Positions 8,807 through 20,100 of a stretch of 59,738 nucleotides of DNA are shown here, piece after piece. Below the pieces are notes generated by a model. It was not told where the DNA came from. It did not search any database and worked only from the letters and a program-made list of their open reading frames with translations. This stretch comes from Acidimicrobiia bacterium (GTDB taxonomy: Bacteria; Actinomycetota; Acidimicrobiia; Acidimicrobiales; CADCSY01). Location of the stretch: the NCBI GenBank assembly GCA_050249235.1, contig JBFWQW010000006.1:1-59738 (forward strand). The letters run 5' to 3'. The translations under genes and the position numbers were made by a program. Within the stretch, counting starts at the first letter, position 1; each line of letters starts with the position of its first letter.

Positions 8807-10816
8807 TCAGCCGGCCCGGCGGCCCCGGGTGACGTTGCGGCGGTGCTCGACGAAGTCGACGAGCACGTAGTCGCCGAGCGTGTCAGGGCTGGTGAAGAAG
8901 GCCCGGCCGCCGTTGAGCTGGGTGATCTTCTCGACGAACGTCTTCAGGTACGAGCTGGCGTCGAGCATGAAGGTGTTGATGCGGATGTCCTCGCGGGTGC
9001 AGCGGTTGACCTCGCGCAGGGTGGCGTCGACGGTCTCGCGCACCGGCGGGTAGCTGAAGAACGGCTCGGCCATCCCGGGCTCGAAGTGGGCCGTCGGCTC
9101 GCCGTCGGTGATCATGATGATCTGCTTGGTGCCCGTCTGGCGGGAGAGGAGCCGTCGGCTGAGCAGCAGGCCGTGCTGCATGTTCGTGCCGTAGTCGAAG
9201 TCCCACGACACCTCGGGCAGGTGCTCGGGCTTGAGCTCCCGGGCCACCTTCGAGAACGTCACGACGCCGAGGAAGTCGCGCGGGAACTGGCTCTGGATGA
9301 GCGCGTGCAGCGCCATCGCCACCTTCTTGGCGGCGAGGAAGTTGTCGCGCATGGGCATCGAGAGGGACACGTCGAGCATGAGCACCGTGCTGGCGCGGGT
9401 CGTCTGCTCGGTCTGCTCGATCTCGAAGTCCTCCTGCGACAGCCGCACGGGGGTCCCGCCGCCGGCGCGCGTGATGGCGTTGCGGATCGTGCGCTCGATG
9501 TCGAGGTTGAACGGGTCGCCGAACTCGTAGGGCTTGGTCTGGTAGGCCCGCTCGTGGCCGATGCCCTGCCGGGGCTGCTCGTGACGGCCGCCGGAGTCCT
9601 TCAGCAGCTTGGAGAAGAGGTCGGCCAGCGCGTTCTGCCCGATCTTGCGGATGCCCCGGGGGGTGAGCTCGTAGCGGCCCTCGCGCTGCTCGATGAGGCC
9701 GGCGTCCTCGAGCATGCGGGCCACCTGGGCCATGCGCTCCAGGGAGAGCCCGGCCTCGTCGCCGAGGAGCTGGCGGGCCCGGTCGACGTCGACCTCGGCC
9801 AGGGCACCCGGGTTCGACGCGCCCCGCATGAGCTGCTCGAGCCGGTCGAGATCGCCGAGGTCCTGCATCATGCCGGCTGCCTCGCCGAGGCCCATCTGCT
9901 CGTCGCCAGTGAACTTGTACTGGCGACCCCACCCGGCGTCGGGGAACATCCCCTGGAGGTTCTGGCCGAGCTGCTCCATCTGCCAGCGGAGGTCCATGTC
10001 CTCCATCAGCTGGTCGGACAGGGCCTGGAGCTGGGCCCGCTGCTCGGGCGTCATCGAGTTGAGCATGGCCTGCATGGCGGCCATGCGTTCGGCCATCTGC
10101 TCGAGGAGCTCGTCGAGGTCCTTCGGGTTCTCCGGGAAGAAGTCGCCGTAGCGCTCCATGAACCCGTCGAAGTCGGGCTCCTCGCCCTGGGCCCGCTGCT
10201 CGAGCATGTGGTTGAGCTCGGCAAGCATGTCCTTCATGCGGGCCATGTCCTCGGGGGTGATGTTCTCCATCCCCTGGGAGACCTGCTTGAAGTAGGAGTT
10301 GGCCAGCTCCTGCTTGAGCTTCTCCATCAGCTCCTCGAACTTCTCCCTCGCCTCGGGCGAGGTGAACTCGTACTGCTGGAGCTCGCGCACCTGGCCGGCG
10401 AGGTCCGGGGGCAGGAGGTCGAGCTCCATGTTCTTCTCGGCCGCGACCTCGTCGGTGACCTCGCGGCGGCGCTCGTCGCCCGACTCGCGGGCCTCACGCT
10501 GGAGCTCCTCGATGCCCTCCCGCTCCGTGTCGACGACGTCCTTGAGCGCCTCGGCGATCTCGCTGTAGACGCCGCCGAGGTCGAAGTTCTCGAGCCGCTC
10601 GCGGCGCTCGCGGCGGAGCTTCTCCATGAGCTCGCGCATGCCCTCGACCCGGTTGCCGTCGCGGTCCTCGAAACCGGACTGGAGCATCCGGCGGAGGGCG
10701 GCGTTGACGTCGCCGTGGTGGATGAGGTCGTCGGTGATCTCCTGCAGCACCGCGTCGGCGTCGATGTCGAAGCCGACCTGCGTGCCGTCCCACCGGGAGT
10801 AGCTGAAGCGCCCCAC
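8807..10816 (-). CDS. von Willebrand factor type A (vWA) domain protein with long acidic coiled N-terminal region
   Basis: C-terminal VLMLDVSLSMP (MIDAS-like DxSxS) with ITDGEP. The N-terminal 400 aa are Glu/Arg-rich and helical. Confidence 0.85.
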   Translation of the reverse strand: MGRFSYSRWDGTQVGFDIDADAVLQEITDDLIHHGDVNAALRRMLQSGFEDRDGNRVEGMRELMEKLRRERRERLENFDLGGVYSEIAEALKDVVDTEREGIEELQREARESGDERRREVTDEVAAEKNMELDLLPPDLAGQVRELQQYEFTSPEAREKFEELMEKLKQELANSYFKQVSQGMENITPEDMARMKDMLAELNHMLEQRAQGEEPDFDGFMERYGDFFPENPKDLDELLEQMAERMAAMQAMLNSMTPEQRAQLQALSDQLMEDMDLRWQMEQLGQNLQGMFPDAGWGRQYKFTGDEQMGLGEAAGMMQDLGDLDRLEQLMRGASNPGALAEVDVDRARQLLGDEAGLSLERMAQVARMLEDAGLIEQREGRYELTPRGIRKIGQNALADLFSKLLKDSGGRHEQPRQGIGHERAYQTKPYEFGDPFNLDIERTIRNAITRAGGGTPVRLSQEDFEIEQTEQTTRASTVLMLDVSLSMPMRDNFLAAKKVAMALHALIQSQFPRDFLGVVTFSKVARELKPEHLPEVSWDFDYGTNMQHGLLLSRRLLSRQTGTKQIIMITDGEPTAHFEPGMAEPFFSYPPVRETVDATLREVNRCTREDIRINTFMLDASSYLKTFVEKITQLNGGRAFFTSPDTLGDYVLVDFVEHRRNVTRGRRAG

Positions 10817-10904
10817 GTCGGCAGGCTACGGCGTCGGCGGGCCCGACCGCCCGGTGGGCGGCGATCCGGCGTGGACGGGCCGGTCGGGGCGCTACACCTG
10901 GGAG

Positions 10905-11636
10905 GTGCCCGAAGGTCATGTCGTCCACCGGCTCGCCGCCGACCACCTCGCCCTGCTCGGGGGTCGCCCGGTCGGCGTCAGCTCGCCGCAGGGCCGGTTC
11001 GCCGAGGCCGCCTTCGTCGACGGCGCCGTGCTGGTCGGCACGGACGCCTGGGGCAAGCACCTCTTCCACGAGTACGACGGCGACCGCATCGTCCACGTCC
11101 ACCTCGGGATCTACGGGAAGTTCACCGCCCACCCGGTGCCGGCACCGTCCCCGAGGGACACCTGCCGGATGCGCCTCACCGGCGACGACGCGGTGATCGA
11201 CCTGGTCGGCCCCTCCACGTGCGAGCTGCTCGACCCGGAGGGCAAGGCCGCCGTCGTCGGCAGGCTCGGGCCCGACCCGCTGCGGCGCGACGCCGACCCG
11301 GAGCGGGCCTGGCAGGCGATGCGGCGGCGGCGCACGACGGTCGGTCAGGCCTTGATGGACCAGACCGTCCTGGCCGGCGTCGGCAACGTGTTCCGGGCCG
11401 AGGTGCTGCTCACCCACGGCATCCACCCCGAGCGGCCGGCGGCGACGCTCACCCGGGCCGAGTTCGACGCCATCTGGGCGACGCTGCGCCGCCTCCTGCG
11501 CAAGGGCGTGAAGGAGAACCGGATCGCCACCCGCGACGTCTACCGGCAGGAGGCGTGCCGGCGCTGCGGCGGGCCCGTGCGCCGCTTCGACCTCGGCGGC
11601 CGCTGGGCCTACGCCTGCGCCACCTGCCAGACCTGA
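10905..11636 (+). CDS. nei: Fpg/Nei-family DNA glycosylase (endonuclease VIII-like)
   Basis: Start set so that the N-terminus is (M)PEGH, giving the catalytic Pro2/Glu3. H2TH region QALMDQTVLAGVGNVFRAEVL. C-terminal zinc finger CRRCGGPV...YACATCQ. Confidence 0.85.
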   Translation: MPEGHVVHRLAADHLALLGGRPVGVSSPQGRFAEAAFVDGAVLVGTDAWGKHLFHEYDGDRIVHVHLGIYGKFTAHPVPAPSPRDTCRMRLTGDDAVIDLVGPSTCELLDPEGKAAVVGRLGPDPLRRDADPERAWQAMRRRRTTVGQALMDQTVLAGVGNVFRAEVLLTHGIHPERPAATLTRAEFDAIWATLRRLLRKGVKENRIATRDVYRQEACRRCGGPVRRFDLGGRWAYACATCQT

Positions 11637-11641
11637 CCGCC

Positions 11642-11688
11642 TTCCGGGTTCACGGATCCACGGATGTGTGGGAACCGTGAACCCGGAA
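11642..11688. terminator. perfect 14-bp inverted repeat (ttccgggttcacgg / ccgtgaacccggaa) with a 19-nt loop between convergent genes
   Basis: Read directly. It lies between the nei stop (11636) and the AAA+ gene stop (11705). The right arm and flank are repeated at 43445-43487. Confidence 0.6.
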
Positions 11689-11704
11689 CGGATCGGTCAG
11701 CGGG

Positions 11705-13111
11705 TCAGCCCCGGCTCCGGTAGGTCGCCCGAGTGCCGGCGGCGTCCTTGTTGAGACGCTTCGAGAGGTGGAGGCCCTCGAGGAGGAACTCGACCGCGGA
11801 GGCCACCATGCCGGGGCTCTCGTCGTCGCCGATGAGCTCGGAGACGTGGGCCCGGAGGGCGGGGACCTGGCTGACGAGCTCGACGTAGTGGGCGGTGGCG
11901 ATGTCCTCGCCGGCGTGCACGACGCGGCCGTCGTCGAACGCGGTGACCACGTCGACCAGCGACCCGATGTTGCAGTGGGCCCGCCAGACGGTGAGCAGGG
12001 CCGCCTTCACGAGGTTCTCGACGATGATCTCGTCGCGGCCCTCCTCGACCGTGTCGAGCTCGATCTTGCCGGCCGTCGACGCGATCAGCGCGTCGAGGTC
12101 GCTGACCCGGGGGACCACCTCGTCGTCGCCCAGGTGCAGGGAGCGGCGCACGGCGTTGGCCATGAGCACCTCGTCGTTGGCGACGGTGAGCCGGACGGAC
12201 ACGCCGGAGCGCTGGTTGACGTGGGGGCTCGAGCGGGCCAGGTGGGAGACCGTGGCCACGACCTCGGCCATGAACGCCGGCATCTCCACCCGGACGCCGG
12301 GCACGTCCATCGGGCGGGACTCCTGCTCCGCGATCGCCACCTCGGTCTCGACCTCGAGCGGGTAGTGGGTGCGGATCTGCGAGCCGAAGCGGTCCTTCAG
12401 GGGGGTGATGATGCGGCCCCGGTTGGTGTAGTCGTCGGGGTTGGCCGAGGCGACGAGCATCACGTCGAGCGGCAGCCGGACCTTGTAGCCCCGGATCTGC
12501 ACGTCACGCTCCTCGAGCACGTTGAGCAGGCCCACCTGGATCCGCTCGGCGAGGTCGGGGAGCTCGTTGATGGCGAAGATGCCCCGGTTGGTGCGGGGCA
12601 CGAGGCCGTAGTGGAGGGTGAGCTCGTCGGAGAGGTACCGGCCCTCGGCCACCTTGATCGGGTCGACCTCGCCGATCAGGTCGGCGATCGACGTGTCGGG
12701 AGTGGCCAGCTTCTCGCCGAAGCGGGTCTCCCGGTGGATCCACTCGATCGGCGCCTCGTCGCCCCGCTCGAGGACGAGGTCGCGGGCGTGCCGGGAGACG
12801 GGCTCGTAGGGATCGTCGTTGATCTCCGAGCCGGCGACGACGGGCAGCCACTCGTCGAGGAGCTGGACCAGGCTGCGGATCATGCGGGTCTTCGCCTGGC
12901 CCCGCTCGCCCAGGAAGATCACGTCGTGGCCGGCGAGCAGCGCGTTCTCGAGCTGCGGCAGGACGGTGTCGTCGTAGCCCAGGACGCCCGGGAAGAGCGG
13001 CTCGCCCGCCTTGATCCTGGCCACGGCGTTGCGCCGGAGCTCTTCCTTCACCGGGACGGAGACCCAACCGGACTCGCGGAGCTGGCCGATCGTGGCGGGA
13101 CGAGAGGTCAT
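11705..13111 (-). CDS. AAA+ ATPase, Mg-chelatase ChlI-like / sigma-54-interaction-type module
   Basis: Walker A-like FLGERGQAKT and Walker B-like FAINELPDL. 468 aa. Typical partner of the vWA protein above. Confidence 0.85.
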   Translation of the reverse strand: MTSRPATIGQLRESGWVSVPVKEELRRNAVARIKAGEPLFPGVLGYDDTVLPQLENALLAGHDVIFLGERGQAKTRMIRSLVQLLDEWLPVVAGSEINDDPYEPVSRHARDLVLERGDEAPIEWIHRETRFGEKLATPDTSIADLIGEVDPIKVAEGRYLSDELTLHYGLVPRTNRGIFAINELPDLAERIQVGLLNVLEERDVQIRGYKVRLPLDVMLVASANPDDYTNRGRIITPLKDRFGSQIRTHYPLEVETEVAIAEQESRPMDVPGVRVEMPAFMAEVVATVSHLARSSPHVNQRSGVSVRLTVANDEVLMANAVRRSLHLGDDEVVPRVSDLDALIASTAGKIELDTVEEGRDEIIVENLVKAALLTVWRAHCNIGSLVDVVTAFDDGRVVHAGEDIATAHYVELVSQVPALRAHVSELIGDDESPGMVASAVEFLLEGLHLSKRLNKDAAGTRATYRSRG

Positions 13112-13157
13112 GGATCGACGCTACCGCCGCCCCCGGGCGGCGTGTCAGGCTCCCCAC

Positions 13158-14951
13158 GTGGACCTCGGCGGCAGCTGGCGGGCGGCCGCCGCCGACGAGG
13201 ACCTCAGGCGCCGCTTCGCCGACCCGGCGCTCGACGACGGGGCCTGGGCCGAGCTGACCGTGCCCGGGCACTGGCGCCGGGCCGCCGCCTTCGCCGGCCA
13301 CGACGGGCCGATCCTCCACCGGCGCCGCTTCGAGACGCACGGCGCCGCCCCCGGGGGCCGCGACTGGCTGGTGCTCGACGGCGTCTTCGAGCAGGGCGAC
13401 GTCTGGCTCGACGGCGCCTACCTGGGGCCGACCGAGGGGTCGATGGCCCGGCACACGTTCGAGGTCACCGAGCCCCTCCGCGACCGGTCCGAGCACGTCC
13501 TCGCCGTCGAGGTGTCGAGCCCGACCTCCGGCGGCGCCCTGGGCGCGTACCAGCGGGACGACCCCGGCTGGAATCCGGGCGGGATCTGGCGCCCGGTCCG
13601 GCTCGAGCGCACCGGCCCGGTCCGGGCCCGCAGCCTCCGGGTCCTGTGCCGGGACGTCGAGCCCGAGCGGGCCCTGGTCGTTCTCCGGGCCGAGCTCGAC
13701 AGCGACGAGGCCCGGCTGGTGACGCTCCGGACCGCCGTCGGCGCGCACGACGAGGCCGTCGAGCGCCCGCTGGCGGTCGGCTCCAACTTCGTCGAGTGGA
13801 CCGCGACCGTGGCCCGGCCCCGGCGCTGGTGGCCCCGGGCGCTCGGCGAGGCCACGCTCGAGGCCGTCCGGGTCGAGGTCGAGGTGGACGGCCGACCGAG
13901 CCACGTCGTCGAGCGCACGATCGGCCTTCGGTCGCTCTCGATGTCGGCCGGCGTGCTGCGGGTGAACGGTGAGCGCCTCTTCCTCAAGGGGGCGGTCGTC
14001 GGTCCGGTGCGCCTCGACCCGGCCGACGCGACGCCGGGCGAGCTGGCCGCGGTGGTCGACAGGGCAGTCGGCGACGGGCTCGACCTCCTCCGCCAGCGAG
14101 GCCACGTGAGCCGCCCGGAGCTGTACGACGCCGCCGACCGGGCCGGGCTGCTGCTCTGGCAGGACCACCCCCTCGTCGGGCCCCTCCCCCGGACCGCCCG
14201 GCGCCAGGCCACCCGCCAGGCGGTGGCCGCCGTCGACCTGCTCGGCCACCACCCCTCGATCGCCCTCTGGTGCGTCCACGACCTCGACCTCGCCCCCCGC
14301 CCCGGCCCCGCCCCCGGCGATGGGGAGGGCGGGGGCGGCACCCGGCCCGGGCGCGACCGGGGCCGCGGCAGCGGGTTCGTCGAGCGGGTCGTCGCTCGCG
14401 CGCTCGAACGGGCCGACGGCACCCGGCCGGTCCGCCTCCACGTCGACGACGGGGCCGACGGCCGGGACATCGCCACGCTCGGTCGGATCCTGCCCCGGGC
14501 GGTGCGGTTCCGGACAGGCGTCGGCGCCCCGGCCGCAGCCCAGCTGCGGCGGCTGAAGTACCGACCGAGCGGCGGCTTCCTCCTCGCCGACCGCGACGAC
14601 GCCGCCACCGCCTGCGCCCCGCTGGCCGTGGTGGCCGACCGGCTCCCTGCCCGGCTCGCGCCGGGCGCCGCCCTCGTGCTCGACGTCCACGTCGTGAACG
14701 ACCGGCGCCAGGCCCTCACCGGCGCCGTCGTCGAGGCCCGCCTCGATTGGTCCGGCGGCTCCCACGCCTGGCGGTGGCGGGGCGACGCGCCCGCCGACGG
14801 CTGCAGCCGGGTCGGCACCATCCAGGTGGTCGTGCCCGACGCCCCCGGGCCCTGCTCGCTGGCCCTCGAGCTGACCATCGGCGCCCGGAGCGGGACCGGC
14901 GGCGCCGGGGGCGTGGTCGCCGGCTGGACGGACGCAGCGCTCATCGGCTGA
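13158..14951 (+). CDS. glycoside hydrolase family 2-like protein (beta-mannosidase/galactosidase-like), possibly non-catalytic
   Basis: N-terminal sugar-binding-like region (WAELTVPGHW, LVLDGVFEQGDVWLDGAYLG) and TIM-barrel signature LLLWQDHPL...HHPSIALWCVHDL. Start set at GTG 13158, because the ATG at 13110 would overlap the divergent gene start. Confidence 0.6.
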   Translation: MDLGGSWRAAAADEDLRRRFADPALDDGAWAELTVPGHWRRAAAFAGHDGPILHRRRFETHGAAPGGRDWLVLDGVFEQGDVWLDGAYLGPTEGSMARHTFEVTEPLRDRSEHVLAVEVSSPTSGGALGAYQRDDPGWNPGGIWRPVRLERTGPVRARSLRVLCRDVEPERALVVLRAELDSDEARLVTLRTAVGAHDEAVERPLAVGSNFVEWTATVARPRRWWPRALGEATLEAVRVEVEVDGRPSHVVERTIGLRSLSMSAGVLRVNGERLFLKGAVVGPVRLDPADATPGELAAVVDRAVGDGLDLLRQRGHVSRPELYDAADRAGLLLWQDHPLVGPLPRTARRQATRQAVAAVDLLGHHPSIALWCVHDLDLAPRPGPAPGDGEGGGGTRPGRDRGRGSGFVERVVARALERADGTRPVRLHVDDGADGRDIATLGRILPRAVRFRTGVGAPAAAQLRRLKYRPSGGFLLADRDDAATACAPLAVVADRLPARLAPGAALVLDVHVVNDRRQALTGAVVEARLDWSGGSHAWRWRGDAPADGCSRVGTIQVVVPDAPGPCSLALELTIGARSGTGGAGGVVAGWTDAALIG

Positions 14952-15022
14952 GCCCGTTTCCGCTGGTCGCGACCCCGGTGCCATTTCGGCCCCGAGCGAG
15001 AGCCGGGAGTACGGTCCGGACC

Positions 15023-15769
15023 ATGGCGACGATCACCCGCCCCGGTGAACCGGAGGCGCCCGGCACCCCGAGGCGGCGCCCGTGGGTCCTCGAGATCTAC
15101 CGGACCGGCGTCGGCAAGAAGTACGCCATGGCGATCACGGGCGTCCTCGGGATGCTCTACGTCGTCGGCCACATGGTCGGGAACCTCAAGCTCTACTTCG
15201 GCCCGTCGAGCGCGGGCGTCGAGGCCATCGACCACTACGGCGAGTGGCTCCGCACCATCGGGTCGCCCGCCCTCCCCCACGGCGGCTTCCTCTGGATCAT
15301 GCGGGTCCTGCTCGGCGCCGCCCTCCTGATCCACGTCCACGCCGCCTGGTCGCTCACGAGGATGAACAAGCGGGCCAACGCTCCCTATGCGTCCGAGCGC
15401 GACTACATCGCCGCCAGCTGGGCCAGCCGGACGATGCGGTGGACCGGGATCATCGTCCTGGCCTTCATCGCCTTCCACCTCACGGACCTGACGTGGGGCA
15501 GCGCCAACCCGGACTTCGTCCGCGGCGAGGTTCGCCACAACATGATCGAGAGCTTCGACCGGGTGCCGGTGGCCATCGCCTACGTCGTGGCCAACCTCGC
15601 CCTCGGCGTGCACCTGTGGCACGGCGCGTGGAGCCTCTTCCAGTCCCTCGGCGTGAACAACCCGCGGTTCCGGCAGTGGCGGGTGTGGTTCGCCTGGGGC
15701 TTCGCCGGCGCCGTCGTCCTCGGCAACATCTCGTTCCCTCTCGCCATCGTCACCGGCTTCGTGGACTGA
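15023..15769 (+). CDS. sdhC: succinate dehydrogenase/fumarate reductase cytochrome b subunit (single-subunit, b558-type anchor)
   Basis: About 5 hydrophobic helices with conserved His residues ([34 protein letters not shown]). It sits directly upstream of sdhA. Confidence 0.85.
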   Translation: MATITRPGEPEAPGTPRRRPWVLEIYRTGVGKKYAMAITGVLGMLYVVGHMVGNLKLYFGPSSAGVEAIDHYGEWLRTIGSPALPHGGFLWIMRVLLGAALLIHVHAAWSLTRMNKRANAPYASERDYIAASWASRTMRWTGIIVLAFIAFHLTDLTWGSANPDFVRGEVRHNMIESFDRVPVAIAYVVANLALGVHLWHGAWSLFQSLGVNNPRFRQWRVWFAWGFAGAVVLGNISFPLAIVTGFVD

Positions 15770-15782
15770 AGGAGCACGCCCC

Positions 15783-17705
<1,923 letters not shown>

Positions 17706-18467
17706 ATGGACCTGACCCTGAAGGTCTGGCGCCAGGCCGGGCCCACGGCCCCCGGCGCCCTGGAGACCTACGAGGTCCCCGGGATCAGCGAGGACATGTC
17801 GTTCCTCGAGATGCTCGACGTGCTGAACGAGCGGCTCACGGTGGCCGGCAACGAGCCCATCGCCTTCGAGCACGACTGCCGCGAGGGCATCTGCGGCTCG
17901 TGCGGCGTGATGGTCGACGGCCAGGCCCACGGCCCCCAGAAGGGCACGGCCACCTGCCAGCTCCACATGCGGAAGTTCAACGACGGCGACACGATCGTCG
18001 TCGAGCCGTGGCGCGCGGCCGCCTTCCCGGTGGTGCGCGACCTCGTCGTCAACCGGTCGGCCTTCGACCGCATCATCGAGGCCGGCGGCTACATCTCGGC
18101 GAACACCGGTGCGGCCCAGGAGGCCAACCTCACCCTGGTCCCGAAGCCGGCGGCCGACCTGGCCATGGACGCGGCGGCCTGCATCGGCTGCGGCGCCTGC
18201 GTGGCGGCCTGCCCCAACTCGGCGGCCCAGCTGTTCACGGCGGCGAAGCTGGCCCACCTCAACCTGCTCCCCCAGGGCCAGCCGGAGCGCTGGAAGCGGA
18301 CCGAGGCCATGGTCGAGACGATGGAGCAGCACTTCGGCTCCTGCACGAACCACGGTGAGTGCCACGAGGCCTGTCCCAAGGAGATCAGCCTCGACTTCAT
18401 CGCCTACATGAACCGCGACTACCTGAAAGCCAAGGCCAAGAACCGCGGTCTCATCGGCCAGCGCTGA
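17706..18467 (+). CDS. sdhB: succinate dehydrogenase/fumarate reductase iron-sulfur subunit
   Basis: Cluster motifs [22 protein letters not shown] and [12 protein letters not shown]. Its start abuts the sdhA stop. Confidence 0.95.
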   Translation: MDLTLKVWRQAGPTAPGALETYEVPGISEDMSFLEMLDVLNERLTVAGNEPIAFEHDCREGICGSCGVMVDGQAHGPQKGTATCQLHMRKFNDGDTIVVEPWRAAAFPVVRDLVVNRSAFDRIIEAGGYISANTGAAQEANLTLVPKPAADLAMDAAACIGCGACVAACPNSAAQLFTAAKLAHLNLLPQGQPERWKRTEAMVETMEQHFGSCTNHGECHEACPKEISLDFIAYMNRDYLKAKAKNRGLIGQR

Positions 18468-18480
18468 CCCTCTCTCCCGT

Positions 18481-19602
18481 TCAGGGGTGGGGTGGGAGCA
18501 GTCGCTCGTAGATCGCCCGGGTGGCGTCGCCGGACCGGGAGCGGTCGGGCTCGGCCGGGGGGGGCGGCGGGTTGGTGAGGGCGGCGAGCAGTCCCTCGGT
18601 CCACGCCCCGGCGTCGTAGGGCAGCGGCTCGATGCCGTGGCGCTCGGCCTCCTCGGCCAGCGCGTCCGAGACGAGCACGGGGGTGCCGTTGGCGGCGGCC
18701 TGCTGGAGCACGCCCGAGAGCGCACCCCGGGTGTACGGCAGCACGGCCACGTCGGCGGCCGCGGCCCAGAGGTCCATCTCCTCGTCCTCGAGCCAGCCGA
18801 TCCGGCCGTTCACCCCGGGCAGGCCGAGGAGGGTGTCCAGGTCGGCGAACGGGTCGAACAGCGAGCCCACCAGCCATAGGCCGGCGTCGGGCCGGGCGGC
18901 GTGCACGGCCGGCCAGGCCCGGACCAGGAGCTCGATGCCCTTGTAGGGCCGCATGATCCCGAGGAGGAGCACGATCGGGTCGTCGCCCAGGCCGAGACGC
19001 TCCCGGGCCGCGGCCCGGCCGCCGGGGACGGCGGCGTAGGCCGACGCCGGCCGCACGACCTCCACCGACGCGCCGGGGAGTCCCCGGCGGACGAGGTCGA
19101 CGTCGCCCGGGGTGTGGACGACGATGACGTCGGCGTGGCGCAGCCGGTCGAACTGGCGGTCCGACGCGGCGTCGCCGCCTTCGAACGGCACGACGTCGTG
19201 GACCGTCGCCACGATCGGCACGAACCGGTGGAGCACCGTCAGGAGGATCGGGTCGAAGCGAGCCGTGATCCCGGTCTGGACGTGCACGACGTCGGGGCGC
19301 ACCCGCGCCACCGCGACCAGCAGCGCGACCGAGCGACGGGCCGTCTCGACGAGCCGGCGGGCGTAGAAGCGGGCCCTGCCCATGCCGAGGACCTCGTCGC
19401 CCCAGGCGATCTTCGGCAGTGCCGGCGCCCCCCGGGAGCGGCCGGCGGCCGCCGTGCTCAGGCGGGCGTCGACCCCGGCGGCCACCAGCTCGTCGCAGAG
19501 CATCTCGGAGTAGCGCATGATCCCGCCCCGGTCGGAGCCGTCGACCACGAGGACGCGGATGGGCGCCGTCACCGCCCCCCCGTCCGAACCGGCGTCGTCC
19601 AC
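18481..19602 (-). CDS. glycosyltransferase, GT-B fold (family 4-like)
   Basis: 373 aa. The C-terminal half has the E-x7-E style region (YTRGALSGVLQQAAANGTPVLVSD), typical of GT4/RfaG-like enzymes. Confidence 0.75.
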   Translation of the reverse strand: MDDAGSDGGAVTAPIRVLVVDGSDRGGIMRYSEMLCDELVAAGVDARLSTAAAGRSRGAPALPKIAWGDEVLGMGRARFYARRLVETARRSVALLVAVARVRPDVVHVQTGITARFDPILLTVLHRFVPIVATVHDVVPFEGGDAASDRQFDRLRHADVIVVHTPGDVDLVRRGLPGASVEVVRPASAYAAVPGGRAAARERLGLGDDPIVLLLGIMRPYKGIELLVRAWPAVHAARPDAGLWLVGSLFDPFADLDTLLGLPGVNGRIGWLEDEEMDLWAAAADVAVLPYTRGALSGVLQQAAANGTPVLVSDALAEEAERHGIEPLPYDAGAWTEGLLAALTNPPPPPAEPDRSRSGDATRAIYERLLPPHP

Positions 19603-19702
19603 CCCGGAGGTCTCGTCGCCCGCGGTCGGCGACTTGACCTCCGAGCAGGGTGTCGGCCGCCGGGGAGGAAGGCCCGTCCGGCCGCGGGTCCCAGCACCCG
19701 GA

Positions 19703-20086
19703 TCACCCCGCCACGGCCAGCTCGGCGGCCACGTCGAGGGCGACCGCCTCGTCGCCGACGAGCAGCTCGCCGAACAGGAGGCCGGCGTCGAACTCGGCGT
19801 CGAGGCCCAGCGGCACCCGGTCGCCCCGGTCGTCGTCCGGGTGCTCGACCGCCAGCGCGAACGCCTCGAGGCCCACCGTCCAGCGCCCCTCGCCCTCGTC
19901 CGTCAGGCTCAGCCAGAGCCCGTCGGACCGGAGGTCGCAGGTGTCACGGGGGGGGAGGGCCAGCTCGTCGTCACGGAGCACGAGCAGCTGCCCCCCGTGG
20001 CGCACCTCCACGTCGACCGACGCCCGCAGCTCGCCCAACCGCACCCCGAGGTGACCATCGGGCCAGCTGAGCCGGAAGGCACGCAC
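19703..20086 (-). CDS. hypothetical acidic protein (127 aa)
   Basis: 3' part of ORF 19703..21229. GTG at 20086 lies 14 nt after the mdh stop. Composition is protein-like and Asp/Glu/Leu-rich. No family recognised. Confidence 0.4.
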   Translation of the reverse strand: MRAFRLSWPDGHLGVRLGELRASVDVEVRHGGQLLVLRDDELALPPRDTCDLRSDGLWLSLTDEGEGRWTVGLEAFALAVEHPDDDRGDRVPLGLDAEFDAGLLFGELLVGDEAVALDVAAELAVAG

Positions 20087-20100
20087 CCGGTCGGGCCCGC

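Noticed and set aside
8669-11680. Very long ORFs antisense to recognised genes. Examples: 8669..11680 (+) 1003 aa, 15750..18725 (-) 991 aa, 22645..25644 (+) 999 aa, 27069..30278 (-) 1069 aa, 54236..57253 (+) 1005 aa, and the 5' 2.8 kb of 39697..43419 (+).
   Set aside because: They are Arg/Gly/Pro/Ala/Asp/His-rich with no recognisable motifs. Each lies opposite a gene with strong family signatures. Long stop-free antisense frames are expected at this GC content.
13110-13157. ATG at 13110 as the start of the GH2-like gene.
   Set aside because: It overlaps the start codon of the divergent AAA+ gene (13109-13111) base for base, leaving no room for either promoter. The downstream GTG at 13158 is preferred, but it is unproven.
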